Positions 59,821 to 64,000 of a stretch of DNA of 64,000 nucleotides are shown one piece after another. The DNA lies in NCBI RefSeq assembly GCF_009914755.1, contig NC_060933.1, one strand, 5' to 3'. This DNA is from the human T2T-CHM13v2.0 reference genome, Homo sapiens. The position numbers were made by a program, and so were the translations under genes. The notes below the pieces were generated by a model, which was not told where the DNA came from, did no database searches, and was given only the letters and a program-made list of their open reading frames with translations. The first letter of the stretch is position 1, and each line of letters opens with the position of its first letter.

Positions 59821-60147
59821 ATGGCGGGCGCCCTTTCCCCAGCCTCACTGCTGCCTTGCAGTTGGATCTCAAACTGCTGTGCTAGCAATGAGCAAGGCTC
59901 CATGGGCATGGGACCCTCCGAACCAGGTGCAGGATATAATCTCCTGGTGTGCCGTTTGGTAAGACCATTGGAAATGCACAGTATTAGGGTGGGAGTGACC
60001 CAACTTTCCAGGTGCCATCTGTCGCCACTTTGCTTGGCTAGGAAAGGGAATTCCCTGACCCCTTGCACTTTCCAGGTGAGGCGATGCCTCACCCTGCTTT
60101 GGCTCACACTTGGTGCACTGCACCCACTGTCCGACAAGCCCCAGTGA
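59821..60147 (+). CDS. L1 ORF0-like antisense ORF, open, 108 aa
   Basis: gcaATGg start. MAGALSPASLLPCSWISNCCASNEQGSMGMGPSEPGAGYNLLVCRLVRPLEMHSIRVGVTQLSRC matches the recalled primate L1 ORF0. Coding potential only; expression is not shown. Confidence 0.7.
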   Translation: MAGALSPASLLPCSWISNCCASNEQGSMGMGPSEPGAGYNLLVCRLVRPLEMHSIRVGVTQLSRCHLSPLCLARKGNSLTPCTFQVRRCLTLLWLTLGALHPLSDKPQ

Positions 60148-60379
60148 GATGGACCTGGTACCTCAATTGGAAATGCAGAAATCACACATCTTCTGCGTCA
60201 CTCATGCTGGGAGCTATAGACTGGAGCTGTTCCTATTTGGCCATCTTGGAACCGCCTTGGAACCGCCAGCCAATAAATCTATTGTTAAAGAAAACAATAA
60301 TGAGGAATCTCTACATATTCTTATTGAATGAGTAGACTAGGATATATTAAGTGAAGAAAGCAAGTTATATAAAAGTGTA

Positions 60380-60985
60380 CAGGAGGTCCTTGAATGTCAG
60401 TTTGCTTAATGTCGGTTTGTTATAAGGTTGTTATAAGGTTGATAAGGAAAAAAATCTATTCTCAGCAGGAGCCACAGTTTATATGGAGTTTGCATGTTCT
60501 CCCCATGTCTGCCTGTGTTTTATCCTGGTAGTCCATTTTCCGCCCACATCCTAAAGCTGTGCATGTCAGGTAAATTGGTTTGTCTATATTGTTCTAGTGT
60601 GAGTGTGGGTGTGTGGGAGGGTGCTCAGCAATGGGATGGCATCCTGTCCAGGGTGGGTTCCACCTTGTGTCCTGACCTTCTGGAATAGGCTTCAGGCACC
60701 TGCAACACTGAACTTGAATAAGTAAGGAAATAATTGTCTTACTTGTTTTTATTATTCTTTCTTAAATGTATATCTAGCTTACATTTATTACCATGTTTAA
60801 TATTAGATATATGTGGGATTTTTATCTAAAAGTTTGATGATGTTTTTATGACAAGAAATATGCCATAGGAACTTAACTCTTTTTAATATCAATTAGCCTA
60901 TGGTAAAACTGGTTTTGTTAAATGTTGTTTTTGCTTAAAGTCAGTTTTCAAGAACCTATTGATGATGTAAAGTGAGGATTTACTG
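60380..60985 (+). mobile_element. MER6A-like TcMar-Tigger element
   Basis: TA-caggaggtcctt...gtgaggatttactg termini. Internal ggagtttgcatgttctccccatgtctgc. Confidence 0.85.
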
Positions 60986-61148
60986 TCTATAACATCAGCT
61001 GTCTATCTGAAAGGGAAGAATGTGAATACACACATTTTCTTATTTATTAATAAAAGATTAAACTAAAAAGTTAATATAAAAATCACTGTTACCTGTAGGA
61101 GGAAGAAAGAACCAGGATTGGGAAATAGAGATAGAAATGAACCCCCTC

Positions 61149-62750
<1,602 letters not shown>

Positions 62751-63270
62751 TGCCTAAAACTACCCCCTGACTGAAAGATCTGGAAGGACTACGTTGGCTA
62801 TTGGCTCCATGAAACCACATTAGAGTTGACCTAAAGCAACAAGCAGTTCTTGGTGTCAGCTTTGCCTCTGCATGCGTCATCCCCAGGCATCTCTGAGAAT
62901 AATCTGGTCCCTAGTGTGCACCGTAAAGTTTCTTACAAAGGAATAAGAACACTGACTCTTGCTCACACAGATATGAAGGCACAATAGTACAGATGCACAT
63001 GATAGTTTCTGGAATTTCAATATAAATAATAAAAGTGTATTGAAGAAAGAAACAGACTTAGGCATCAGAAGAAATGAATTGTATCTACGATCTATCATTT
63101 TCTAGCCATTTTACTCTGAAAAGATATATCATCTCTGTGGCCCTCAGTTTCATCATCAATGAAATATAAAATTTGAATTAAGAGGATTCAAGGCATTATT
63201 TACTTCTAAATTCCATGATTTTATGTAATTAACATTATTCTAAGAAGATAACAAATATTTATCCCCAGAA

Positions 63271-63720
63271 TTCATTAGTCAGGGTTCTCTATAGGGACAG
63301 TACTAATGGAATATATATATATATGTGTGTGTGTGTATATGAGTTTATTATTAACTCACATGATTGTGAGGTCCCACAGTAGGCAGTCTGCAGGCTGAGG
63401 AGGAAGAAGAGCCAGTCCGAGTTCCAAAACTGAAGAACCTGGAGTCCATTGTTCTAGAGCAAGAAGCATCCAGTATAAGAGAAAGATGTAGGCTGGAAGG
63501 CTATGCCAGTCTCTCTTTTCACATTTTTCTGCCTGCTTATATTCTAGCCATGCTGGCAGCTGATTAGATTGTGTCTACTTAGATCAAGGGTGGGACCTCC
63601 TTTCCTAGCCCACTGACTCAAATGTTAATCTGCCTTGGCAACAACCTCACAGACACACCCAGTATCAATACTTTGTATCCTTCAATCCAATCAAGTTGAC
63701 ACTCAGTATTAACCATCACT
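63271..63720 (-). mobile_element. MLT2A ERVL solo LTR
   Basis: attagtcagggttctct...(TA)n(TG)n...aagttgacactcagtattaaccatcac. Confidence 0.92.
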
Positions 63721-64000
63721 GCAACATGTAAGTAGGGTCAGGTCAATAAGATGGATATGAAAGTTCAAACACAATGACAAATACACTGTGGACACTCAAT
63801 ATATGGTAGGTATTATGATTATGGTGATATTTTCAAAAACTTTACTAATTTTTGTATACATTTAGATGAGAAAAAATGACAAATGCACCTACAGTTGCAG
63901 GTTCCTTCTTATCATATGTGTTGATGAAGCAATTTGTTAAATGCAAGATAGACACAGGGCTTTCTCTTATTCCTAGATTATATGATTATATATATATATG

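Overview
AT-rich primate (most likely human) genomic DNA, judged from AluY/AluS, L1PA, THE1 and MER52 elements. I recognise no intact host gene. Most of the window is ordinary interspersed repeat: old L1M, L2 and MIR; MaLR/ERV LTRs; Tigger/MER6 DNA transposons; a twin-primed L1PA with a 5' inversion; and a full-length but dead L1PA at 54.36-60.27 kb. The unexpected part is a heavily decayed coding fossil on the minus strand from about 25.2 kb down to 14.9 kb, which the ORF track almost completely misses. Read by eye through stops and frameshifts it gives, in order: (i) a Ty3/Gypsy pol (RT, RNase H, HHCC/DDE integrase, GPY motif) at about 25.2-21.0 kb; (ii) a second integrase of GIN1/Ginger type at about 19.3-18.0 kb; (iii) a Ulp1/SENP (C48) protease domain at about 17.9-16.9 kb; (iv) a PHD finger followed by a PWWP domain at about 15.3-14.9 kb. 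All domain calls are manual alignments to recalled consensus motifs and need a frameshift-aware HMM search. Repeat subfamily names and most repeat boundaries are approximate.
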